Positions 13,178-26,890 of a stretch of 64,000 bases of DNA are shown here, piece by piece. Source of the stretch: Eledone cirrhosa. Taxonomy: Eukaryota. The translations under genes were made by a program, and so were the position numbers. The notes under the pieces were generated by a model. That model saw nothing but the letters and a program-made list of their open reading frames with translations. It did not search any database and was not told the DNA's origin. The stretch's first letter is position 1; each line of letters opens with the position of its first letter. Location of the stretch: contig OZ024744.1 of NCBI GenBank assembly GCA_964016885.1, forward strand, positions 73,036,001 to 73,100,000, read 5' to 3'.

Positions 13178-13440
13178 TAATATATAAGATCAAAAGATGG
13201 TTAAAGGAGTTCCATGTATTTTATTATGCGCATTTCAAAAACAAATATCATCATGCAATAATATTTGTGTTTTCATCAGATAAAACAGGAGGACATGATA
13301 TGAAGGCTAAAAAACACTTGTGGATAGTTCAGTTTTAAATCAACTTATTGAAATGCGCATAATAAAATACATGGAACTCCTTTAACCATCTTTTGTTCTT
13401 ATATATTATGTATACTCCAGTCCCACAAACTGTGGGACTG
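13178..13440. mobile_element. Inverted-repeat PLE-type mini-element (~60-bp arms plus one-sided tail)
   Basis: 13178-13238 is the reverse complement of 13348-13408; tail ends in hairpin cagtcccaca-aac-tgtgggactg. Confidence 0.75.
13219..13285 (-). ncRNA. Type I hammerhead ribozyme
   Basis: ttttat-CTGATGA-aaacacaaatatta[ttgcatga]tgatatttgttttt-GAAA-tgcgca-TA-ataaaa. Confidence 0.8.
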
Positions 13441-13452
13441 TATATATATATG

Positions 13453-13487
<35 letters not shown>

Positions 13488-13700
13488 GTATATATATATG
13501 TATATATATATATATGTATATATATATGTATATATATATATATGTATATATATATGTATATATATATATATGTATATATATATATGTATATATATATATG
13601 TATATATATAAATGTATATATATGTATATATATATGTATATATATATATGTATATATATATGTATATATATATGTATATATATATATGTATATATATATG

Positions 13701-13735
<35 letters not shown>

Positions 13736-13738
13736 GTA

Positions 13739-13777
<39 letters not shown>

Positions 13778-13850
13778 CTGGCCTCAGCCGGATGGCTGAA
13801 ACAGGTAAAAGAGTAAAAGAGTAATATATGTGTATATATATATATATGTG

Positions 13851-13913
<63 letters not shown>

Positions 13914-14176
13914 GTGTATATATATATGTATATATATGTGTATATATATATATATGTATATATATGTGTATATATATATGTATATATATGTGTATATATA
14001 TATATATGTATATATATGTGTATATATATATGTATATATATATATATGTATATATATGTATATATATATATGTATATATATATATGTATATATATGTATA
14101 TATATATACATAAATGTATATATATGTATATATATGTATATATATATACATAAATGTATATATATGTATATATATG

Positions 14177-14249
<73 letters not shown>

Positions 14250-14437
14250 GTATATATATGTATATATATATACATAAATGTATATATATGTATATATATA
14301 TACATAAATGTATATATATGTATATATATATATGTATATATATATACATATATATATATACATAAATGTATATATATGTATATATATATATATGTATATA
14401 TATATACATATATATATATACATAAATATATATATAT

Positions 14438-14540
14438 GTCGCTGGCTGGACTAAAAAGTCACACTCGTTCAGCGCATCGGTAGGGGTTCTCCTACATGGA
14501 TATAAAGTAGTGGCCGTACTCGAAAACGAGTTGGCAGCCA

Positions 14541-14542
<2 letters not shown>
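14438..14542. repeat. Short copy of an unclassified (TA)n-embedded element
   Basis: Near-identical to 37401-37505. Confidence 0.8.
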
Positions 14543-14586
<44 letters not shown>

Positions 14587-14594
14587 GTATGTAT

Positions 14595-15060
14595 CATTAT
14601 CATGTTACATGTACTTTTCCATTCTTGCATGGGTTGGACAGGTCTTTTCGACACAGTATCCCTCCACTTTGAGATCAGTTCTCATCACCCCCGTTAAGGT
14701 CTTCCTTCCACCCATGGAGCTTCCACCTATTGCAGCTTCCTTCCACCCATGGCACTTCTTCACCGATGAATCACCATCTATATGCATCATTTGTCATTAA
14801 TAGCACAGTCTTATGATTCCTCTTATGCCTATGACAGGTGATCAGGTGGCTGGCTAGTTTCCTGAAATTAGTGTTGCAAATGGTTCATTAGCATCACAGA
14901 ATTCTAGAATCCTTATTCCCACTTCATCTCTCGAGCCATAACTACATGCACCATTTACTCCCAGTTTAACCATCCTAGTGTTGCCCGCCATGTCTGTTGA
15001 AGTTGCCTGTGAGAATGATGTGGTCTCTGTCATCTGTAAATGAGGTTGTCTGTTAAAGTT
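14595..15060 (-). mobile_element. Decayed RTE LINE fragments (3' end and APE-domain piece)
   Basis: VKKCHGW...GGRKTL..V.RTDLK; YGSRDEVGIRILEFCDAN. Confidence 0.6.
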
Positions 15061-16096
15061 CTTCATAGAAACATGCCTTTTGTTCTTTATATAGTCAGTT
15101 TCTCAAACTTTTTCAAATGCAGAACCCTTTTTGGTTCAGAAACATTTGGGGGAACCCCAAAGTCTAATACTGTTATATGATCATAATATAAATATACTCT
15201 ACTACCTTTTATCTAGAGATAATTGTCATCATTCTTTTTCTTATGTCTATTATGAGCTTGATTCAATTAATTCTATTACCTTATCTACCTATTTCTCAGC
15301 TAGAAGAATGCCTACACCACTACCCCATTGTCATTTCCTTCTCAGAAAAATTTGTCTATGTTGTTTACTTGTGAGTAGTCATGCGGAAGCACACCTCCAT
15401 CTCACCTCCTGTACACAGCATACATCCACTAGTTTCCTCTTTAGCAACTCCATGATTTCTCTATATCTACCTTTTAGTGAATCCACCTTGAGAGTGGCAA
15501 CACTGAGATGTATTACTTGACACTAGTGATTAAGGCTTTTAATAATAGTTTTTTTTCTGGAAAGGAATAAGGGTGTGTGATTGCTTGATGACAGTCGAAG
15601 GATTCTCACACATGGCTATGTTTACCACCCCACTACCATATGAACATTAATAGCTGACTGGAAAAATATGATGAAGAAAGTGAAATAACGGAAGACTGAC
15701 CCACCTTAGGTTTTGCTTCATGAATCTTTGAGACTTCCATGCAAAACAGCCCAATGAAATTTATGAAATTGGTTTACAATTGCATTTACATAGAAGTCTA
15801 AAAGTCTAAAAGATTTATAAAGTGAAACCTAAGCTATGTCTTCCTTTCTTTACTTGTATTTTCATCACATTTTTTATCCAGTCAGTTATTTATTAATGTT
15901 CAATACAGCAATATGTGAAAGCCTTCACATTTACAAACATTGGCTTCTGTAAACTTTCTTGAATTTTCATGTCTCAGAGTCTGTCTATATCTATCAGCAT
16001 ACTTCTCTCTCTCTCTATATATATATATATATGTGTGTGTGTGTATCTGTGTGTGTGTGTATGCCTGTGTGTATATATATATATACATATATATAT

Positions 16097-16272
16097 AACA
16101 AAGAGGGTGTGGTAAGAAACCAGGTGGGCCATAACATACCAGAGTACTCAATACTTAGGGTAATAGGAAAAGAGTCAGGAGCCCGACGGCTAAGCCTGGC
16201 CGTTTCGACAGCTAGATCGGATCTAGCTGTCGAAACGGCTGTAGCTCAGCCGTCGTGGTCCTGAATCTTTTC
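16097..16272. mobile_element. Tail + ~105-bp imperfect palindrome mini-element
   Basis: Core gccgtttcgacagctagatc-gg-atctagctgtcgaaacggc; homologs at 43115-43314 and 41962-42215. Confidence 0.75.
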
Positions 16273-16280
16273 ATATATAT

Positions 16281-16452
16281 ATATCAATGATATTAATAAA
16301 TAGAAACTATCTTTATAAAACCATATTTATTTTAAAGATAGTTTCTATTTATTAATATCATTGATATTATACTCCAAAAGAATTTTGTAGAGTGCTTCTA
16401 ATCTGTTATAAACTAAATTTGTTGAATAATCAACAAATTAAATAACTCATTG
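16281..16452. mobile_element. Palindrome + tail mini-element, same family as 38252-38544
   Basis: atatcaatgatattaataaatagaaactatcttta mirrored to about 16367; tail is reverse-complement homologous to 38252-38340. Confidence 0.7.
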
Positions 16453-16480
16453 CTTATATATATATATATATATATATATA

Positions 16481-17806
16481 CTAGCTGGCCCATCCGGCTG
16501 GCGCTCGGCTAGGTATACTGGCATTTTATTTTTCAGGAATTGTCGCCTACACTCTAGTGCAAAGATACTGCACCCTTTCTCAAGTCAGTGAGAGAGGGGG
16601 GGGGGGGTAACGAGTTCTGATATTGGGTTTCAATAGTTTTTAGGATTCCCCAGTTCAGCAGCCAGTACGTTAAAGAAAATTGATAGTTACAACAATAAAA
16701 GCTGAACAGAGAACACATTTTTTAACAAACAATAATTTGTACAACCATAATGGAAATTCCATTTAACAGAAAATATTTACATTACATTTTTAGAGCCTCA
16801 GAGTATACAATATATTTTGTTCAGCCCTCCGGAGCAAAGATGATGAGATTGTTTGGCGAGCTCACCCTAGACCATCCTACATACAATTGACCATGGGAGA
16901 ATCACTGATCTCGTAGCTCGTCTCGCGGAAAAGCTCTGTAGACGTTAACACTCCTGTCAGGAGCAGGTAAGCTGTAGTGACTTAGAGACCTACCACCAAT
17001 CTCCAGGACACTGTTTTCAAGACAAATGAGCGCCTCATTGAAAATGACATCGTATGTTACGTTTGGATTGTGTCTGCGTGTGCGGTGGAGGATGTCCTCA
17101 GCTAGACTTTCGCGGTGGTTGTTCCACATTGCGAGAAGGTCGGCGAGATCGCAGTTGTGCAGCATAACATCTGAGAAGGGACTTTAGCAGTTGCTGCTTC
17201 TTGCAGGGTGAGGTACCAATAACTGTCATCGTGTAACATACCATGCATCTGGCAAGCCAAACAGTAAATGGAACATTGATGGCCATTGATGGTTCTCAGA
17301 TCTTGGAAAAACTGTGGTCCTCTAACCTCGAACAGTAACAATGACAATAAACTGTCTGTGCTTTCGTGAAATAAATAGGTTTTTGTTTTTATGTATGCAA
17401 AAATATCTGTACACAAATATATATATTAAAATAACAAATTAAAGTTGAAGCAAAGAATCGCTGCTGTCACCCTTAACGAGATCTTCTGAAACTAAAAGAA
17501 TGCAGAAGTAAATATTTCGAAAATCGTTATCTAATGCAGACAGCCAGACATACAGACTAAGAACAAGAGAGGAATGTTCTGCGATGTCATAAGAAAAAGT
17601 GCATAACCAAAAGTGTTGACATTTGAAATTTTAAAGAAGTGAATATTTAAATAATGTCTTTAATCTTTTAACAAAATTCAGTACACAAAAATATCCTCAC
17701 TTTTTTACTTGGAAAAAGTTACATCTATGGTGCAAATTTGGTGGTGTTTGGTCCAGTCGTTTGGCGGAAAGTTTGTTACCTACATACGGCCGTCAGCTTT
17801 ATAGTG

Positions 17807-17810
<4 letters not shown>
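16481..17810 (-). mobile_element. Helitron internal-deletion derivative with Rep-Hel fragments
   Basis: 3' hairpin + CTAG at 16481; LLL.VRGP..F.DLRT.NG...AC...G.L.DD..W..TL.EA and FSHGQLYVG.SRV Pif1-type motif. Confidence 0.85.
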
Positions 17811-17845
<35 letters not shown>

Positions 17846-20089
17846 GACAAGTATACTTAGCTAGGAGGGAAGCAGAGGATAGAAAATTCAAGCATGTTTT
17901 GCAATGTGAGGACCAGAAACAGGAGGTGTTCAAGATTGCGAAGCAGTGTGTCAGAGAGAATTGTGATGTCATTGGAGAGAAGTGTATCCGGAATGATAAA
18001 GGTGAGCTTGCCCTCACAAGTGCTGAGAAGAAAGATGCATGGAAGAGCCATTATGATAGATTACTAAATGAGGAGAATGCATGGGAAGAAGAGACCCTAC
18101 CCCAAGTAGACCCTATAGAGGGGCCGGCAATACAAGTCAGCAGCAGCGTTGTAAGTAAGGTAATCAAAGATATGAAGATGGGGAAGGCAGCCGGTCCATC
18201 GGGTATAGCTGCCGAGATGCTGAAGGCATCTGGGTCTGTAGGTCACACTATAACCACACGTATTGTTAACCAGGTAATACTAGAAGGTGTCATACCAAAA
18301 GATTGGTGCAGTAGCATCATTGTCAACTGCTACAAAGTTAAAGGTGATGCACTAGATAGAGGAAACTGTAGAGGTATAAAGCTGATGGACCAGGTCATGA
18401 AAGTAACAAAGAGTTATAGCACAGTTGATTAGGGACCGGGTGAAACTAGATGAGATGCAATTTGGGTTTGTACCACGAAGGGGCACCACTGATGCCCTCT
18501 TCCTTGTGAGGCTGTTACAGGAAAAGTACCTAGCTAAAAGTAAGCCATTCTACCTGGCATTCGTCGATCTCGAGAAAGCCTTTGACAGGGTTCCACGTGC
18601 TGTAATCTGGTGGGCTCTTAGAAAACTAGGAGTAGATGAATGGCTTGTGAAAGTGGTACAAGCCATGTATAGGGGAGCAGTCAGCAAAGTTAGGATTAGC
18701 AATGAGTATAGCGAGGAATTTAGCGTACAGGTTGGTGTCCACCAGGGCTCTGTTCTTAGCTCCCTCCAGTTCATCATAGTCCTGCAGGCAATAGCGGAGG
18801 AGTTTAAGACCGGATGCCCATGGGAACTCCTGTATACTGATGACCTCGCACTTATAGCTGAATCTATGGTAGAACTAGAGAAGAAATTCCAAACTTGGAA
18901 GCAGGGACTAGAAAGAAAGGGTCTCAAAGTCAACATGATAAAGACTAAGGTCCTTGTAAGTAGACGAGAAAACAGAACCCAGATCCCTCAGGGAAATGGC
19001 CTTGCTCAGTATATAGGAAAGGTGTAGGTAGGAACTCCATTCTCTGCCCCAAATGCAAACAATGGGTACACAAGAGATCTAGCGGGATCTCAGGAAGCTT
19101 AATTAAGAATGTAGGCTTCACATGCAGCAGCTGTGCTGGAACAGCAAGCAGCAAACAGCTACAGGAAACAAGTACCACCAATCTCTGGGAGGGCTCTGTA
19201 GAAACAGCAGACAGCTTCTGCTACCTAGGTGACTGAACTAGCAGCGGAGGTGGGTGTTCAGAAAGTACAATAACTAGGGTAAGAACGGGATGGAAGAAGT
19301 TTAGGGAACTACTACCACTGCTAGCTGCAAAAGGCTTCTCCCTCAAAATGAAAGGCAAACTGTATGATGCATGTATCCAACAGCGATGTTGCATGGTAGT
19401 GAGACCTGGGAGCTGAAGGTGGAAGACTTATGTAGATTAGAAAGAAACGAAGCCTGCATTCTCTGATGGATGTGTAATAGTAATATACGCGAACGACAAA
19501 GCATAAATGAATTGAGAGAGAGACTGAGCATAAGAGGAATCAAATGCTGTGTGAAGGAGAGGCGGTTGCATTGGTATGGATATGTGATGCATATGAAGGA
19601 TGACAGCTGCATAAAAAGGTGCAGAGCACTAGAAGTCAATGGAAACCGCGGAGTGGGGAGACCCAAGAAGACCTGGGATGAGGTGATAAAAGCCGACCTT
19701 ACCCAATTACACCTCTCAAAGGCGATGACACGCGACCGTGACCTCTGGCATCACGCAGTAATACAGGGTACCCGACCTCCCATGGGTACAAGCTGAAGCA
19801 TATAGACAATATGCCCCCACACCCTCCCACTGCAAGGTGGTTGTGGAGGTGCCACGGCAAAAAAGCACCCAGCCCACACTGTAAAGTGGACGTGTAGGCG
19901 CCACGGAAAAAGCACTCAGCACTCACTGTAAATGAGGTTGGTGTTAGGAAGGGCATCCAGCTGTAGAAATCAAGCCAAAATCAGTCCCTGTATGAGTAAG
20001 GCATGGTCAGCCGACCAGACACTGCCCACAACAGGACAACCCGTCTAACCCATGCTAGCATGGAAGAACGGACGTAAAACGGTGATGAT
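17846..20089 (+). mobile_element. 5'-truncated RTE LINE (disrupted RT, Cys-rich finger, long 3' region)
   Basis: QFGFVP.RGTTDA, FVDLEKAFDRVP, GVHQGSVLS, LLYTDDL; stops/frameshifts; (GAT)n end. Confidence 0.95.
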
Positions 20090-20396
20090 AATCGCTTCTT
20101 TCAAACACTCTGAAAAAAGAACAGCAACGGCGTTGGCAAATAAAGTGTGGGAGTTTAAAGACAGAAACATTCCATACTCTATTGATTGCACTATTTTAGA
20201 CCAGTCAAGAGAATACCAAAGGGACACAAAGAAATGTTCTTTGTGTACTACGGAAAAATTTAGAATTCTCCAAAACCTGAAAACCCCTCCCCCTTGCCTC
20301 AACTCTGAGACCAAGATCTTTAGATGTTGTCCACACCTGAAATCGCATCTACTTTCTGGCTTGATTAATACACCAACGATTACTCAACCACCTTGA
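20090..20396 (+). pseudogene. C-terminal GIY-YIG remnant of a Naiad/Chlamys-type PLE
   Basis: ATALANKVWEFK....YSID.TIL....Y....KKCSLCTTEK..I...LNSET.I...CPH...LL. Confidence 0.65.
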
Positions 20397-21226
20397 GCCT
20401 CCTCTTTACATATTACGCCTTCCACTCACTACCAATATCATCACCTTATGAACACTACTTCTTACCCAGTTTATCATATAAACGCATACTTTCTACCAAT
20501 ATATACATTTTTTTCTCCCTCATGTTTATCTATTTTTTTCATTTGATTTATACAAACCCCCCTTTTTCTACTTTAACACATACATACCCACCACCTTCAT
20601 CCTGTACTCTACCTTTACCCAGATCACTTTTTAACTATATAGCCTTATAAGATCTCTTCACAAACACTTACTTTCTACCACAATTTATACACCCTTTTCT
20701 CCCTCACCTGTTCATCTTAATTCATTATATTATTTGATTTTAATTATACCCCCCCCCCCCCGCCCACGTCCTAACTTACCCACAATGTTTTTAAGTGTAC
20801 TCACATATGGTTGTATGTGGGCGCATTTGCAGGCAGGCATATGTGTACATACACATATATATGTATTTATACTTATATACATATATGTGTGTGTGTATTT
20901 GTGTACATATCTTATGTATGTATATATATGTGTGTATATATATATGTATGTATGTGTATATATTTAATATTATAATATTATTTGTTTATCTATATTTATA
21001 ATTTTTTTGCGCATGGATCTGTGAGTATATCTTTTCATTTTTTGGTACCCCCGTTTGTGTATAATTATGCTTACCCTTTATATACACCTACCTGCGAGTG
21101 TGTGTGTATTTATAGTTTGTCTACCTATATGTATATACAGACACACACATGTATGTATGCATGCATGTGTTTGTGTGTGTGTATATATGTATATATAGGT
21201 GTATATATATGTATATATATATATAT

Positions 21227-23627
21227 AACTTACTAAAGGCAACGGATGAGATCTGTGGCTGGAGTAAGATTACAGGCAGGAGGAGAGTAACTTGGTGGAA
21301 CAATAAGGTAGATGAGGCAGTTAAAGCCAAGAGACAGGCATGGAAAGAATGGAAGAACAGGGGAAGCAGGGTACATTACATAGAGACCAGGAGTGAAGCT
21401 AGGCGACAAGTATACCTAGCTAGGAGGGAATCAGAGGTTCGAAAATTCAAGCATGTCTTGCAACGTGAGGACCAGAAACAGGAGGTGTTCAAGATTGCGA
21501 GGCAGTGTGTCAGAGAGAATTGTGATGTCATTGGAGAGAAGTGTTTCCGGAATGATAAAGGTGAGCTTGCCCTCACAAGTGCTGAGAAGAAAGATGCATG
21601 GAAGAGCCATTATGATAGATTACTAAATGAGGAGAATGCATGGGAAGAAGAGACCCTACCCCAAGTAGACCCTATAGAGGGGCCGGCAGTACAAGTCAGC
21701 AGCAGCGTGAAAGTAAGGCAAACAAAGATATGAAGATGGGGAAGGCAACCGGTCCATCAGGTATAGTTGCCGAGATGCTGAAGGCATCTGGGTCTGTAGG
21801 TCACACAATAACCACATGTATTGTTAACCAGGTAATACTAGGTGCCATACCAAAGGATTGGTGTAGTAGCATCATTGTCAACTGCTACAAAGGTAAAGGC
21901 GATGCACTAGATAGAGGAAACTATAGAGGTATAAAGCTGATGGACCAGGTTGTGAAAGTAACAGAATGAGTTATAGCACAGTTGATTAAGGACCGGGTGA
22001 AACTAGATGAAATGTAGTTTGGGCTTGTACCAGGAAGAGGCACCACTGATGCCCTCTTCTTTGTGAGGCAGTTACAGGAAAAGTACCTAGCTAAAAGTAA
22101 GCCACTCTACCTGGCATTCATCGATCTCAAGAAAGCCTTTGACAGAGTTCCCCGTGTTATAATCTTGTGGGCTCTTAGAAAACTAGGAGTAGATGAATGG
22201 TTTGTGAAAGCTGTACAAGCCATGTATAGGGCAGCAGTCAGCAAAGTTAGGATTAGCAATGAGTATAGCGAGGAATTTAGCGTACAGGTTGGTGTCCACC
22301 AGGGCTCTGTTCTTAGCCCTCTCCTGTTCATCATAGTCCTGCAGGCAATAACAGAGGTGTTTAAGACCGGATGCCCATGGAAACTCCTGTATGCTGATGA
22401 CCTCGCACTTATAGCTGAATCTATGGTAGAACTAGAGAATCAATTCCAAACTTGGACTAGAAAGAAAGGGTCTCAAAGTCAACATGTCAAAGACTAAGGT
22501 CCTTGTAAGCAGACGAGAAAACAGAACCCAGATCCCCTCAGGGAAATGGCCTTGCTCAGTATGTAGGAAAGGTGTAGGTAGGGATTCCATTCTCTGCCCC
22601 AAATGCAAACAATGGGTACACAAGAGATGTAGCGGGATCTCAGGAAGCTTAACTAAGAATGTAGGCTTCACATGTAGCAGCTGTACTGGGACAGCAAGCA
22701 GCAAACAGCCACAGGAAACAAGTACCACCAATCTCTGGGAGGGCTCTGAAGAAACAGCAGACAGCTTCTGCTACCTAGGTGACTGAACTAGCAGCGGAGG
22801 TGGGTGTTCAGAAAGTACAATAACTAGGGTAAGAACGGGATGGAAGAAGTTCAGGGAGCTACTGCCACTGCTAGCTGCAAAAGGCTGTTCCCTCAAAATT
22901 AAAGGCAGACTGTATGATGCATGTATACGAACAGCAATGGTAGTGAGACGTGGGCACTGAATGTGGAAGACTTGCGTAGATTAGAAAGAAACGAAGCCTG
23001 CATGCTCCGATGGATGTGTAATAGTACTATACACGAACAGCAAAGCATAAATGAATTGAGACAGAGACTAAGCATAAGAGGAATCAAATGCTGTGTGCAG
23101 GAGAGGCGGTTGCATTTGTATGGACATATGATGCGTATGAAGGTGCAGAGCACTAGAAGTCAATGGAAAACGAGGAGTGGGGAAACCCAAGAAGACCTTG
23201 GATGAGGTGATAAAAGCCGACCTTACCCAATTACACCTCTCAAAGGCGATGACACACGACCGTGACCTCTGGCGTCACGCAGTAATACAGAATACCCGAC
23301 CCGTCACGGGTACAAGCCGAAGCTGAAGCATATAGACAATATGCCCCCACCCCCTCCCACTGCAAAGTGGTCGTGGAGGTGCCACGGCAAAAAAGCACCC
23401 AGCCCACACTGTAAAGTGGACGTGTAGGCGCCACGGAAAAAAAGCACCCAGCACTCACTGTAAATGAGGTTGGTGTTAGGAAGGGCATCCAGCTGTAGAA
23501 ATCAAGCCAGAATCAGTTCCTGTATGAGCAAGACAAGGTCAGCTGACCGGACACTGTCCACAACAGGACAACTCGTCTAACCCATGCTAGCGTGGAAGAA
23601 CGGATGTAAAACGGTGATGATGATGAT
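21227..23627 (+). mobile_element. 5'-truncated RTE LINE, second copy
   Basis: LLYADDL, GVHQGSVLSPLLF; highly similar to 17846-20089. Confidence 0.95.
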
Positions 23628-23703
23628 ATGTACTTGTATGGATTTATGTATATATGTATGCGTGTGTTGGTATATTATTGTGTGTGTGTGTGCGCGCGCG
23701 TAT

Positions 23704-24042
23704 ATCATTCATCATTTCATTTTACATCCGCTTTTCCCTGCTTGCAAGGGTGGGACGGGAACTGATTCTGGCTTGATTTCTACAGCTGGATGCCCTTCCT
23801 AACACCAACCTAATTTACAGTGAGTGCTGGGTGCTTTTTTGCCGTGGCACCTCCACGACCACTTTGCAGTGGAATGATATGGACCCCAGTCCCTATCATC
23901 TCATTTCTACAGCTGAGTAAACTGGAGCAATGTGAAATAAAGTGTCTTGCTCAAGGAAACAACACATCACCCGGTCTGAGAATTGAACTCACAACCTTTC
24001 GATTGCAAGGCCAATGCTCTAACCACTAAGCCATGTGCCTCC
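23704..24042 (-). mobile_element. SINE family A, full length
   Basis: Reverse complement of 39006-39355. Confidence 0.9.
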
Positions 24043-24370
24043 ATATATATATATGATTGTATATATGTCTATATATATATGCATGTAGGAGTATATAATC
24101 ATAAGGATTTCCTTTCTATATATGCTGTACTATATGAGTTGTAGTGCACCTGACCACTTTACACAATAATTTCATTATTATTATTATACTTTTGTCTTTC
24201 ACGCGTGTTTACTCATGTGTATATATGTATATCTCCCTCGCTCTCTCACTCTCTCTATATATATATATATATGTATGTATATGTATGTATGTATATATAT
24301 ATATATATATATATGTATATGTATAGGCTTGTGTGGGTATGTCTGCGTGCATATATATATATATGTATAC

Positions 24371-24418
<48 letters not shown>

Positions 24419-24421
24419 TTG

Positions 24422-24458
<37 letters not shown>

Positions 24459-25263
24459 TTGTATATATATATATATATATATATACATATTGTGTGTGTG
24501 TATGTGTCTGTTTTTATACGTTGTTTGTATTTATATTTTATTATTTTATTATTTCCCCACCCCACCTTTCGTTGTCAACACGTCCCTTCATGGCTTTATT
24601 TTTATTTTTATTTTTATTTTCCTATATATTTTTTGAATTTTTTTTTAACTTATTTATTTATATCTGCCCCCCCCCCCCCGAACTACTTCCCAATGGTTTG
24701 TACATATTAATATATGTATGTGCATACATATATATATATATATATGGATACGTGTGTGTGTGTGTATATGTGTGTGTATATATGTGTGTATGTATAGAGA
24801 CTTTTGAGTATGTTTGTATGTATGTGTATTTATGTGTGTGTGTTTGTGTGTATATGTATGGGTGTGTATATATATATATATATGTGTATATATGTATGTA
24901 TGTATATATATATTTATGTATATGTGTATGGAGATATGCATGCGTGTATATATAGATTTTACGTTGTTATTGAGTACATGTGTGTGTGTGCGCCTGTGTG
25001 TGCGCATATGTGAGCAAAAGATCACACATTTATATATGTGTGTTCGTATTTCCATGTAGACGCACATACACTTATATGAGAATGTATACGTTTACGTAGT
25101 ATTACCTATAAGGGTGTGTTTGAGTATGTGTATGTTTATGTTCTGAATATTTATTTATATATTTTTTTCCCCTCAATTTTTTGCCCGTTATTTGATTTCA
25201 GCCTCACTTCCATATTTCCTAAATTTTGTTTTCAAATCCATATTTAATAAACATTCCATGTTA

Positions 25264-25326
25264 TTCATTCTGACAACTGAAGACATATATAAATATCTGT
25301 CTTCAAGAAACCACTGATAAATGAAA
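25264..25326 (+). ncRNA. Hammerhead ribozyme with mutated core (homolog of 925)
   Basis: ttcatt-CTGACAAC-tgaagaca[..]tgtcttca-A-GAAA-ccactga-TA-aatgaa; flanks homologous to 880-1082. Confidence 0.65.
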
Positions 25327-25453
25327 TAATTATCTCATGTTGTTTATTACATAACTAGGCTCTGTAGCCTACGTAGAGCACTCTCTTTTCCTTTACCTTT
25401 CCTATGGAAATACTTCATTCATATATATATATTTAGTTACAACAGTGACATAA

Positions 25454-25508
25454 ACAGGTGCTTAAGTTTTACTTTTTGGGGTCCTAGACTCCAACTCATT
25501 CAGCCTGT
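25454..25508 (-). ncRNA. Decayed hammerhead-like fold
   Basis: acagg-CTGAATGAG-ttggagtc[tag]gaccccaa-..-AAAA-cttaag-CA-cctgt; stems visible, core degenerate. Confidence 0.4.
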
Positions 25509-25621
25509 CATAAGAAAAAGAAAAATAAAGATTCTGCGGAGGTTGAATGTGATTTCCTTTCAGAAATATAACTTGAGAGTTTAAACATTAAACAAAGACA
25601 TATATATATATATATATATAC

Positions 25622-25661
<40 letters not shown>

Positions 25662-25852
25662 GAATATAAATTATCGAGAATCGTATTTCGGCCCACGAAA
25701 TAACGAAAAACAACGTCCGTATGTGTGGCAAGTGCTCAATGATTCAGATGAACCAGAGCTATAACAAACATTAAAGGCCAAACACACTGAAACGATGGTT
25801 AAACAATCATCCTCACAGCCAAAAAAACGATCAAGTAATTCAGGTCAAACAA

Positions 25853-25909
<57 letters not shown>

Positions 25910-26399
25910 TTCAGTATGTTTACTTTCTTTCTCTCAGCTCATTTCCAAACCACTTACATAAATTTTATTGGGCTGTTTGGCATGGTATTCTAAAGGATTC
26001 ATTAATAAGAGCAAATCTGTTTATTTGTTCACTATACAAAACAAAACAGTTGACATTACAAATTTTGAAACAACTTTGTCATAACCAACTAGTTTTTGTA
26101 TTTAGTGTAGTATTTAACGAGTAACTTGAGATTTAATGATTATTGCATATTTGTTTGGGTTTGCTTTTGTTTTTGAGAGAAATTTATTGAAGAAACCATT
26201 ACTCTCATATTTTCTCCCTTGTTCTTGTAATGTTCAAAAATCCATTCACCAGTTACATTAAGGTATTAGTTTTCCATTCAATAACAGTGTTTGTTTATAA
26301 GCATATGTAGTCATATGTTTTTTCTCGGTGAATGTTTTTTATAGTATTTGACTTTTTGAAAATCACCTCTAAATAGATATGTGTTTATATATATATACA

Positions 26400-26890
26400 T
26401 TTATTTATTCAATATACAAAATCTTACAGTGTTATGAAAGGCCATTGACATTGATATAAAAATAATTGAGCAGGATCTAATAAAAACAAAACACACTATT
26501 AAAGGGAATAGAAAAAAAAAGAAAAGAAATTGAAAAGGAGAAAAAGAAAGAAGGATCAAGCGACGAAAGAACGGGAGAGGGGAAGGGACATACAGTACCT
26601 CAACTGTACCGTGAACAAAATAGCAAAAGCCTTTCAACAGAGAATGGTCAGAGATACCCACTGCAGCAGCCACCCCACCTTACGGGGCTCCTCCCTCAAG
26701 CAGGCTACCATCTTTCCAATTTTACAGAGGAATCAGCAGTGCAGGGACCAAGAACGCCAGAGGTCTTGACAGAGACCGGTGCAAAAAGGAAGCAGTCGGT
26801 CAGGCCCTGGTATTTAACTATCTTCCTGTCCTCTGCATTGCAGGCAATTGAGCCTGTGTTTGGGGAGCCGAGAATGAACCGCTGCATAAG
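26400..26890 (-). mobile_element. CRE-clade retrotransposon 3' remnant
   Basis: AEDRKIVKYQGL...FAPVSVKTSGVLGP...EPRKVGWLLQWVSLTI; similar to 5100-5570. Confidence 0.7.

Larger units (their letters stand above)
12890..14437. repeat. ~1.5 kb (TA)n-based microsatellite with embedded mini-elements
   Basis: Directly visible. Confidence 0.95.

Noticed and set aside
18550-19181. Minus-strand ORFs over the RTE copies (and 34276-35130 over the PLE)
   Set aside because: Antisense shadows of RT coding sequence
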